32,000 nucleotides of DNA from Cupriavidus necator (lineage in GTDB: Bacteria > Pseudomonadota > Gammaproteobacteria > Burkholderiales > Burkholderiaceae). Of this stretch, positions 8,990 to 16,576 are shown piece after piece; within the stretch, counting starts at the first letter, position 1, and the number at the start of each line of letters is the position of its first letter. The stretch lies in assembly GCF_016127575.1 (NCBI RefSeq), contig NZ_CP066018.1:3690001-3722000 (forward strand), written 5' to 3'. The notes beneath the pieces are model-generated. The model saw only the letters and a program-made list of their open reading frames with translations, did not search any database and was not told where the DNA came from. Both the position numbers and the translations under genes were made by a program.

Positions 8990-9205
8990 GGCAAGCTCGC
9001 GCCCCCCTGCGTGCGCCAGGCGCTGGCTATCCTTAACGAGTGTTCGCGTGGCTGACCGAAGCCGGCTACCTGGCCGGCAATCCGCTCGCGCTCGCTCGCC
9101 GGGGCGCCCCCGACCCGGCCGCGGATCACGCGCTACCTGAGCCACGACCTGTGGAACGCGGTCAGGGCTGAGATCGAAGCGATGCCGGTCGCAGCCGCGC
9201 GCGAA
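8990..9205 (+). pseudogene. internal fragment of a tyrosine integrase (core-binding region), frameshifted
   Basis: ..RQALAILNE / FAWLTEAGYLAGNPLALARRG / RITRYLSHDLWNAVRAEIEAMP.. is readable only by switching frames. The AGYLAGNP-type block is typical of island/ICE integrases of Burkholderiales. There is no N-terminus or start codon. It abuts vapC on the left and the subtilase 3' end on the right. Borders are approximate. Confidence 0.55.
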
Positions 9206-9209
9206 CGCA

Positions 9210-11264
9210 TCACGGCTTTGTCGCCGTGACGCTTGTCATGTCGTTGCTGCTGGCCTGGTAGGTGAGCGTGCCGGTGATGTTGGTCACGGCGAAGGTCACG
9301 CTGTTCTTTCGCTTGGAGATCGTTCCGCTCGTGACCATGCACTGTCCGCCGGCGCCCGTGGTGCAGGCCGAGCTCCCGCTGTAGCCGCCGCTCCAGGTTC
9401 CGCTCACGGTTGCGTTCGGCACCGGGTTGTGGCTGGCATCGTGCACCGTGACCGTGACGGTGGTGGTCCATCCCGTCTTGTTTCCGGTGCTGCTGGCGCT
9501 CAGGCCGCCCACGTGCACCACGGGCAGACTCGCGATGCCGGCTCGAGGGCCGCTCGACAGGTCCAGGGCGAAGCTGCCGCCCTTGCCCAGGTTCACGCTG
9601 TCCTCGGACGGGGACACCTGGATAGTGTACGTCCCGGCCACGGTTGGCAGTGCGTGCAGTGTTTCCTGACGGCCGATGCCACCGCATTCGACGCCGGCCA
9701 TGCACAGGCTCTCGGACAGCACGACGCCGTTGGGGTCCAGCAGCCGGGCGTCGAGATCGGGATCCCACTGCGCGGCGAAGCAGCCGCCCAATAGCGGCAG
9801 GATGCATTTCGCCTGGCCGTTAATGGTGACCGTGGCACCGATGGGAACACCGAGGTCAGCCTGGGCGATGGAGAACGTGTAGCTCCACTGACCATGATTG
9901 GCCACGCTGCCGGTGACCCTGCGATACGTCGGAAAGACGGTCGGCTGGTAGCTGGTGCCCCCCTTGGCGCTGGCCACCAGCGCGTAGCCGTCAAGGAGTC
10001 CGGCGCCGATATCATTGTCCTTGCCGGCGGGGCCGCGGTCCTGCGCCGTGACTTCGAGCTTCTGCCGCAGGTCCGCTGGCGACAGGATCGGATTCGCCTG
10101 TAGCGCCAGGGCGACTATGCCGGAGACGAACGGCGTGGCCATGGAGGTGCCACTGTAGGTTACATAACCGCTGACCGTGCCGGCCTTTGCAGCCGTGATG
10201 GTCAGTCCGGGTGCACAGATGTCCGGCTTGACACGGTTATCCAGCGTCGGTCCCCGGCTCGAAAACGGCGTCACGTAGATGCCGTCCGAATGGTTGGGCG
10301 CGCCGGCGGGAGCGGACCACTCCGCGCATGCCGCCACGGTGATGGCTTGCGCTGCGGCCCCGGGCGAGCCGACCGTCCCTGGTTCGTCGCCCGAATTTCC
10401 GGCCGCCACCACCACGACAGCACCGCTGCTCACCGCTGCATCGACGGCCTGGCTCAGGGAGTCCTGTCCGTCTGACGGCGCGCTGGAGCCCAGACTCATG
10501 GAAATGATCCGCACCCCTTGGGACACGCACCAGTCGATGCCGGCGATGACCTGGCTCTCGAGTCCGGAGCCGGACTGGTCGAGCACCTTGGCCGCGTAGA
10601 TCGCTGCGCCGGGCGCCACGCCCTTGTAGGTGGCGGCGCCCGAGCCGCCCGTGCCGTCGCCGAAGGCGATCGACGCGACGTGGGTGCCGTGGCCGTGGTC
10701 ATCATATGCACTAGTCCGTCCATTGATGGCATCAAAGAACGGGATCGGTCGCGCGTCAAGCTGCTCGTGGTTCGAATCGACGCCCGTGTCGACGATGCAA
10801 CCCTTGATGCCGGCGCCGTCAACCCCGAAGCTGGTGCGTGTCGCGTCCGTGCCGAAGTCGGCGCGGGCGGCGTTGAGCTTGGTCGAAACGGTGAAGTCCT
10901 CCTCGATCCGCCGCACGCCAGGCTGCTGCGCCAGCGCCCTTATCTGGGCGGTCGTCATGGTGGCGGAGAATCCGCGGATGATCCTGAATTCGCGGTCCAG
11001 CGTGAAAGCACCGACCGCCTGCCGCGCCGTGGCCGCAGTGCCCGGGCCGCTGAACGTGACGACGACACGGACGAGGTCACCTGGCCGTGCCGCTGCGATC
11101 CGCGCCTGCAGATCATCGGAGATCCGGTCGCCGTCACGGTCGACTAGGCGGGCCGAACGCGCTGCCTCCGTGCCGGGTGCCGCCCGGTTCGAGTCGGGCA
11201 GCGGCGCGGCCTGAATGGACAAAGCGACAGCCGTCAGACAACCCAGTACAGCGAAATGGCGCAT
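9210..11264 (-). CDS. secreted subtilisin-like serine protease (peptidase S8) with an I9-type propeptide and two C-terminal beta-domains
   Basis: ATG 11264 is preceded by AAGGGGA. Signal peptide MRHFAVLGCLTAVALSIQA. Catalytic triad blocks: IVDTGVD (Asp), HGHGTHVASIA (His), AAGNSG (oxyanion Asn), SGTSMATPFVSG (Ser). The C-terminal ~230 aa look like PPC/P-domain plus Ig-like modules. Confidence 0.9.
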   Translation of the reverse strand: MRHFAVLGCLTAVALSIQAAPLPDSNRAAPGTEAARSARLVDRDGDRISDDLQARIAAARPGDLVRVVVTFSGPGTAATARQAVGAFTLDREFRIIRGFSATMTTAQIRALAQQPGVRRIEEDFTVSTKLNAARADFGTDATRTSFGVDGAGIKGCIVDTGVDSNHEQLDARPIPFFDAINGRTSAYDDHGHGTHVASIAFGDGTGGSGAATYKGVAPGAAIYAAKVLDQSGSGLESQVIAGIDWCVSQGVRIISMSLGSSAPSDGQDSLSQAVDAAVSSGAVVVVAAGNSGDEPGTVGSPGAAAQAITVAACAEWSAPAGAPNHSDGIYVTPFSSRGPTLDNRVKPDICAPGLTITAAKAGTVSGYVTYSGTSMATPFVSGIVALALQANPILSPADLRQKLEVTAQDRGPAGKDNDIGAGLLDGYALVASAKGGTSYQPTVFPTYRRVTGSVANHGQWSYTFSIAQADLGVPIGATVTINGQAKCILPLLGGCFAAQWDPDLDARLLDPNGVVLSESLCMAGVECGGIGRQETLHALPTVAGTYTIQVSPSEDSVNLGKGGSFALDLSSGPRAGIASLPVVHVGGLSASSTGNKTGWTTTVTVTVHDASHNPVPNATVSGTWSGGYSGSSACTTGAGGQCMVTSGTISKRKNSVTFAVTNITGTLTYQASSNDMTSVTATKP

Positions 11265-11438
11265 TTTAGGTTCCCCTTTTTGCTTGAGGCAATTTCGGGA
11301 GCGCGCAGCTTCCCGACCCGTCAATCGTCGTCCCAGCCTCGGGAAAGGCTTCCAATGGGTGTGCGCCAGACGGTCAAGCAAGCGCGACCGGTTCCCGTGA
11401 AATGCGGAAAATTTTCCATCAGATCAAGAACGAACGGA

Positions 11439-11565
11439 CAGCTCTCAGCTCTCAGCTCTCAGCTCTCAGCTCTCAGCTCTCAGCTCTCAGCTCTCAGCTC
11501 TCAGCTCTCAGCTCTCAGCTCTCAGCTCTCAGCTCTCAGCTCTCAGCTCTCAGCTCTCAGCTCTC
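11439..11565. repeat. perfect heptanucleotide tandem repeat (GCTCTCA)n, ~18 copies
   Basis: Counted directly: units in phase from 11441, 17 full copies plus partial copies at both ends, no variant positions. It lies 175-301 nt upstream of the subtilase ATG and reads TGAGAGC on that gene's strand. It generates the artefactual LSALSSQ ORFs in the track. Confidence 0.97.
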
Positions 11566-11894
11566 GAAGTCTAGGATGCGAAGTGGCAAACTTCATGCGG
11601 ACTGCGTGCGAAATGACACTTTTACCTTCGATCCAAGTGAAAGCAAAAGTGCCACTGCAATCGGGGAGCGTTAAAAACCTTGGGGTTCAAACTCCGAGAG
11701 CCCGAGTTGCTCCAGGAACTCAACTACTTCCCTTGACCTGGGTTCCGTTGGTGGCTCATACCTAGCGAGTCTCTCGACGAGGTCACCGTTGATCACGCGT
11801 AGAACAAAGGGAAGTTGGGTTTTCCGCAATTTGTATGAAGACGGCGAACTCGCGTGGAGGACCTTGCCGTCGTCGTAGAAGAAAGGATTGCATT

Positions 11895-12344
11895 GTTCTA
11901 CGCCTGGTGCCGGCCACCGACGAGCTGATCGCCGAACTGGCGCGCTACCGCCGCGCCCACGGCCTGCCGCCTACTCCGCAGCCTGGGGAGACGCGCCCGC
12001 TGGTGCTGCCCGTCATCGGCCGTCGGAACGACAACCAGGCCCTGTCACGCGGGGCGCCGCACCTGGTGCTGAAGGAAGTGTTCGCCATGGCAGCCGCTCG
12101 CCTGCGCGCGCGGGCCCGAGTGGGAGGGTCAGGCTGCGGGGCTGGCCAGCGCCTCGGCGCACTGGCTGCGCCACACCGCCGGCTCGCACATGGCCGACCA
12201 GCAGGTTGACCTGCGCTTTGCGCGCGACAAACTTCGGGCTTACAGCTCGCTGTCGACACGAGCGGCTATCTGCATAGCGAAGAGGATGCGCGGCATAATG
12301 CCACGCAGGAGCGACACCGGATCGGCTTGGGAACGGAGCGCTAG
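11895..12344 (+). pseudogene. C-terminal catalytic part of a tyrosine integrase, multiply frameshifted
   Basis: Three frames must be joined. They read ..RLVPATDELIAELARYRRAHGLPPTPQPGETRPLVLPV.., then ..SAHWLRHTAGSHMADQQVDLRFARD.. (H-x-x-R box), then ..TSGYLHSEEDARHNATQERHRIG.. (catalytic Tyr box), ending at TAG 12342-12344. This continues the fragment at 8990-9205, with the central part of the gene missing. Confidence 0.75.
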
Positions 12345-13273
12345 GTCAGGCTACCGCCTTCGATCGGAACCTGTTCCATCCCAGAAACCCGCCTGATTTC
12401 CTCGGTCACGATGGCGATCAACGCCTCAGTTGCCGTGCTTAACGGCCGCTGCGGATGGCTCACGCAGACCAGATGCCGAACGATACGCGGCGCGACAATG
12501 GTATGCATGCGCAGCCTGCCATCTTCCACTGCGCGCTGCACCACGATGCGCGGCAGCACCGTGACAAAGCGCGTGGCTTGCACGAACCGCACGATGGTGC
12601 CGAGGATGTCGATCTCGAACTTCGGCGCAAGCGTGACGTCCTGCGCCTGCGTGGCCGTGTCCAGCACGACGCGCAGGCCATGGCGCTTGGTCGGCAGCAC
12701 CAACTCCAGTGCCGGTAGCTTTGCCATCTCCACGGATTCCGGAAGGTCCGGGCCGTGCTCTGCGCTGGTCACCAGCACCATCTCCTCGTCGTGCATCGGC
12801 TGCACCTGCAGCGCCAGCCGGCCACGCTGGCGATGAACCACCGCCGCGTCAAGCTGGCCGGCGGAAACCAGATCGATCAGAGCCGTACTGAAGCCGTCCG
12901 CGACCGATACCTCTACGTTCGGATAGCGCGCGTTGAAACGCGCCAGCGAATCCACCAGCACGCTCTCCGTCTCGGACGCCACCATGCCAAGCGTGATGCG
13001 GCCGGCCATCTGCTCTTCTCGCTGCATCATCTGCTGCCGAGCGCCGGCGATGTCACGCACGATGGGCAGGAACAGACGGTACATCATGCGACCTGCAGCA
13101 GTCGGCACCATGCCGTGCGGGATGCGCTCGAACAGCTTCTGACCGAATTCCTCTTCCAGCCGTGCGATCTGCATGCTGAGCGCCGGCTGCACGATGTTCA
13201 GCCGCTTGGCCGCTCGCGTGACGGAGCCGTCCTCGAACAGCGCGATGAAGTATTGGATTTGCTTGAGGTCCAT
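12341..13273 (-). CDS. LysR-family transcriptional regulator, divergent from the Mo-hydroxylase operon (hmfR1-like position)
   Basis: N-terminal HTH MDLKQIQYFIALFEDGSVTRAAKRLNIVQPALSMQIARLE, followed by a LysR substrate-binding domain. Confidence 0.9.
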   Translation of the reverse strand: MDLKQIQYFIALFEDGSVTRAAKRLNIVQPALSMQIARLEEEFGQKLFERIPHGMVPTAAGRMMYRLFLPIVRDIAGARQQMMQREEQMAGRITLGMVASETESVLVDSLARFNARYPNVEVSVADGFSTALIDLVSAGQLDAAVVHRQRGRLALQVQPMHDEEMVLVTSAEHGPDLPESVEMAKLPALELVLPTKRHGLRVVLDTATQAQDVTLAPKFEIDILGTIVRFVQATRFVTVLPRIVVQRAVEDGRLRMHTIVAPRIVRHLVCVSHPQRPLSTATEALIAIVTEEIRRVSGMEQVPIEGGSLT

Positions 13274-13421
13274 GTGCAGGCAGATATCAATATAAGTACG
13301 GCAACTATATCAATTTCCTTGATGGCGACCGCAAACGCTGGCGTCGCAATAAAACAGGTTGTTTTCTCGCCATCCGGTGTCATCAAGGGGTGCAAGTCTA
13401 GCTATCGCCACATCATAATAT

Positions 13422-13438
13422 TTGATTGCATAGATCAA
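13422..13438. promoter_or_regulatory. inverted repeat TTGAT-N7-ATCAA in the LysR / Mo-hydroxylase divergent intergenic region (candidate LysR box)
   Basis: TTGATTGCATAGATCAA was read directly. It sits in an AT-rich 270-nt divergent promoter region, ~105 nt upstream of the ATG at 13544. Function is inferred only. Confidence 0.3.
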
Positions 13439-13543
13439 AAAACAATATTAGTCGTTATATCTAAATCTCCCTAATCTCTGTTTGACGTTGAACGGTTCCG
13501 CTGGCCTCCCGGCCCGAAACCGTCTCGCAACACGGAGTCGCGA

Positions 13544-16500
13544 ATGAAAAGATTCGATGCTGGCGAAACGACCAGCACGGTGGAGACACAGCAGACCCGG
13601 CCGGCGCCACATGTCGGCCGCCCGATGCCGCGCGTCGAGGACGCCGCCATCCTGACCGGCCGCGGCCGCTACGCCGACGACCTCGGCGTCAGGCCCGGCA
13701 CCCTGCACGCCGCCATCCTGCGCTCGCCGCACGCGCATGCCGAACTCGGCGCCATCGACTGCGCCGCCGCGTTGCAGGCGCCGGGCGTGCGTGCCGTGCT
13801 GACGGGGGCCGACCTGCCTTCCTGGTCGAAGCCCTTCGTGGTGGGCGTGAAGGCGCCGATGGAACAGTGGGCACTGGCCATGGAGCGCGTGCGCTACGTG
13901 GGCGAGCCGGTGGCCGTGGTGGTGGCCGAGAGCCGCGCACTGGCGGAGGATGCGCTCGATCTCATGCGGGTGGAGTACCGCGTGTTGCCGCCGGTGGTGT
14001 CGATCGAGGCCGCCATCGCCGACGACGCGAGCGTGCTGCATCCCGGTCTCGGCAGCAACGTGGCCAGCGACCGCCATTTCCGCTACGGCGACCCCGAGGC
14101 CGCCTTTGCCGCCGCGCCGCACCGCGTGGCGCTGACCGCCCATTACCCGCGCAACACATGCACGCCGATCGAGTGTGGCGTGGTGGTTGCCGAGCACTTG
14201 CCGGGCAACGAGGGCTACCAGGTCACTTCCAACTTCATGGGGCCGTTCTCGCTGCATGCCGTGATGGCGATGGCGCTGCAGGTCCCGGCCAACCGCCTGC
14301 GCCATGTCGCGCCGCGCGACTCGGGCGGCAGCTTCGGCGTCAAGCAGGCGGTGTTCCCCTACGTGGTGCTGATGTGCCTTGCCTCGCGCAAGGCGGGCGC
14401 GCCGGTGAAGTGGGTGGAAGACCGGCTCGAGCACCTGAGCGCCGCCACGTCTGCCACCGCGCGGCTTTCCACCCTGGAAGCCGCGGTCGAGGCGGACGGC
14501 CGCATCGTCGCGCTCTCGTACGACCAGCTCGAGGATTGCGGCGGCTACCTGCGTGCGCCGGAGCCCGCCACCTTCTACCGCATGCATGGCCTGCTGACCG
14601 GTGCCTACTCGATCCCGAACCTGTTGGTGCGCAACCGCGTGGTGCTGACCAACAAGACACCGACCGGCCTCGTGCGCGGTTTCGGCGGGCCGCAGGTGTA
14701 CTTCGCGCTGGAGCGGCTGGTGCAGCGGATCGCGGTGGAGCTGGGCCTGGATCCGCTCGACGTCTACCGCCGCAACTTCGTGCCCGCCGATGCCTTTCCC
14801 TATCGCGCGGCGGCGGGCGCGCTGCTCGACTCCGGCAACTACCAGCTGGCGCTGTCGCGCGCGCTGGAAGCGGGCGACTACGGTGAACTCACTCGCCGCC
14901 GCGACGCCGCGCGCGCCGAGGGCAGGCTGTACGGCATCGGCTTCGCGGCCATCGTCGAGCCCTCGGTGTCGAACATGGGCTATATCACCACCGCGACGCC
15001 GGCCGAGGCACGCCGCAAGGCGGGCCCGAAGAACGGCGCCATCGCCAGCGCCACGGTCAGCGTGGACCTGCTCGGCGGCGTGGTGGTGACCATCGCGTCC
15101 ACGCCGGCGGGACAGGGCCACATGACCGTGTCGGCGCAGGTCGTGGCCGACGTGCTCGGCATCGATCCGGGCGACGTCGTGGTCAACGTCGAGTTCGACA
15201 CGCACAAGGATGCGTGGTCCGTGGCCGCCGGCAACTATTCCAGCCGCTTCGCCGGCGCCGTGGCCGGCACCGTGCACCTGGCCGCCACGCGCGTGCGCGA
15301 CAAGCTGGCGCGCATCGTGGCCTCGCACCTGGGCTGCGACCCGGCCGAACTGGTCTTCGCGGATGGCCGCATCGTGCGCCGGGGCGCGCCCGATACCGCC
15401 CTGCCCTTTGCGCGCGCGGCCAGTAACGCGCCGCATTGGTCGCCGCAGCTGCTGCCGGCCGGTGAGGAGCCCGGCCTGCGCGAAACCGTGTTCTGGTCGC
15501 CCCCCAACCTCGACGCTCCGGACGAGCAGGACCGCGTCAACACCTCCGCCTGCTACGGCTTTGCCTTCGACCTGTGCGGCGTCGAGATCGACCGTGCCAC
15601 CGGACGCGTGCGCATCGACCGGTACGTAACCGCGCACGACGCCGGCAAGCTGCTCAACCCGGCGCTGGCCGACGGCCAGATCCGCGGCGCCTTCGCGCAG
15701 GGGCTGGGCGCGGCGCTGATGGAGGAGTTCCGCTACGGCCCGGACGGCAGCTTCCAGTCCGGCACGCTGGCGGACTACCTGATGCCGACCACGTGCGAGG
15801 TGCCCGACCCGCTCATCGTCCACCTGGAGACGCCGAGCCCGTTCACGCCGCTCGGTGCCAAGGGCCTCGGCGAGGGCAACAACATGAGCACGCCGCCATG
15901 CGTCGCCAACGCGGTGGCCGATGCGCTCGGCGTGCGCGACATCCGCCTGCCGCTCACGCCCGCCAGGGTGATGGCGATGATCGGCTTCGACGACCCGCCG
16001 CCATCGCGTCCGGAACTGGCCGAGGCAGCAAGAGAGGCCTCGGCAAACAACAAGAGCGGCGGCAAGGGCGGCAAGGCCCTGAGCGCGCGCGGCACCGTCG
16101 ACCTGGACGCCACGCCCGAGGCCGTCTTCGCCGTCCTGCTCGACCCGCAGGCGCTGGCCAAGGTCGTGCCGGGCTGCCACGCGCTCGTGCCCATCGGCGA
16201 CAACCGCTATCGCGCCGACGTGACCGTGGGCGTGGGCATGATCAAGGCCCGCTACGAAGCCGAGATCGCGCTGTCCGACCTGGAGCCGCCGCATCGGTTG
16301 CGGCTCGCGGGCGCGGGCCTGTCGTCGCTCGGCAGCGCGCGCGGCGCGGGCCTGGTCGAACTGGCCCCGCACGGTGCCGGCACCCGTCTCACCTATGACT
16401 ACGAGGCCGAGGTGTCCGGCAAGGTCGCCGCGGTCGGCGGCCGCATGCTCGAAGGCGCGGCCAAGGTGGTGCTGCGCCAGCTGTTCGAATCGCTCGGCCG

Positions 16501-16576
16501 CCAGGCCGGGGGCAAGCCCGCGCGCAAGCCGGGCTGGATCGCGCGCCTGCTGGCGCTCCTGGGAGTCCGTCGATGA
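13544..16576 (+). CDS. CoxL/xanthine-dehydrogenase-family molybdopterin-binding large subunit fused to a C-terminal CoxG/SRPBCC domain (HmfA-like, putative 2-furoyl-CoA dehydrogenase large subunit)
   Basis: GGAG lies 7 nt upstream of the ATG. N-terminal RVEDAAILTGRGRYADDL, the SGGSFGVKQ block and an aldehyde-oxidase/XDH a/b-hammerhead-type layout are present. The last ~168 aa (from ~16070) are CoxG-like (..TVDLDATPEAVFAVLLDPQALAKVVPGC..). Confidence 0.85.
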   Translation: MKRFDAGETTSTVETQQTRPAPHVGRPMPRVEDAAILTGRGRYADDLGVRPGTLHAAILRSPHAHAELGAIDCAAALQAPGVRAVLTGADLPSWSKPFVVGVKAPMEQWALAMERVRYVGEPVAVVVAESRALAEDALDLMRVEYRVLPPVVSIEAAIADDASVLHPGLGSNVASDRHFRYGDPEAAFAAAPHRVALTAHYPRNTCTPIECGVVVAEHLPGNEGYQVTSNFMGPFSLHAVMAMALQVPANRLRHVAPRDSGGSFGVKQAVFPYVVLMCLASRKAGAPVKWVEDRLEHLSAATSATARLSTLEAAVEADGRIVALSYDQLEDCGGYLRAPEPATFYRMHGLLTGAYSIPNLLVRNRVVLTNKTPTGLVRGFGGPQVYFALERLVQRIAVELGLDPLDVYRRNFVPADAFPYRAAAGALLDSGNYQLALSRALEAGDYGELTRRRDAARAEGRLYGIGFAAIVEPSVSNMGYITTATPAEARRKAGPKNGAIASATVSVDLLGGVVVTIASTPAGQGHMTVSAQVVADVLGIDPGDVVVNVEFDTHKDAWSVAAGNYSSRFAGAVAGTVHLAATRVRDKLARIVASHLGCDPAELVFADGRIVRRGAPDTALPFARAASNAPHWSPQLLPAGEEPGLRETVFWSPPNLDAPDEQDRVNTSACYGFAFDLCGVEIDRATGRVRIDRYVTAHDAGKLLNPALADGQIRGAFAQGLGAALMEEFRYGPDGSFQSGTLADYLMPTTCEVPDPLIVHLETPSPFTPLGAKGLGEGNNMSTPPCVANAVADALGVRDIRLPLTPARVMAMIGFDDPPPSRPELAEAAREASANNKSGGKGGKALSARGTVDLDATPEAVFAVLLDPQALAKVVPGCHALVPIGDNRYRADVTVGVGMIKARYEAEIALSDLEPPHRLRLAGAGLSSLGSARGAGLVELAPHGAGTRLTYDYEAEVSGKVAAVGGRMLEGAAKVVLRQLFESLGRQAGGKPARKPGWIARLLALLGVRR

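Noticed and set aside
11439-11565. Possibility that the tandem repeat is a CRISPR array.
   Set aside because: The units are 7 nt and directly abutting with no spacers, and no cas genes are present. It is a microsatellite-type repeat.
11256-11765. ORFs encoding (LSALSSQ)n repeat proteins (11256..11765 and 11402..11674, plus strand).
   Set aside because: The repeat is simply the translation of the 7-nt DNA tandem repeat, which returns to phase every 21 nt. The flanks have no coding signal, SD sequence or codon bias, and they overlap the subtilase 5' end. I treat this as a DNA-level VNTR, not a protein.
11671-11890. Minus-strand open frame without a start codon (..NPFFYDDGKVLHASSPSSYKLRKTQLPFVLRVINGDLVERLARYEPPTEPRSREVVEFLEQLGLSEFEPQGF*) between the VNTR and the right integrase fragment.
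   Set aside because: It looks like the C-terminal remnant of a truncated gene brought in with the subtilase segment, but I cannot name a family and it runs into the integrase junction. It is mentioned only as part of the mosaic.
12341-12344. An integrase next to a tRNA gene or att site would be expected for a genomic island, so I looked for a tRNA or direct repeats at the integrase ends.
   Set aside because: No tRNA-like cloverleaf sequence or obvious direct repeat is visible. The integrase 3' end overlaps the stop of the LysR gene instead, so no att site or island boundary is claimed.
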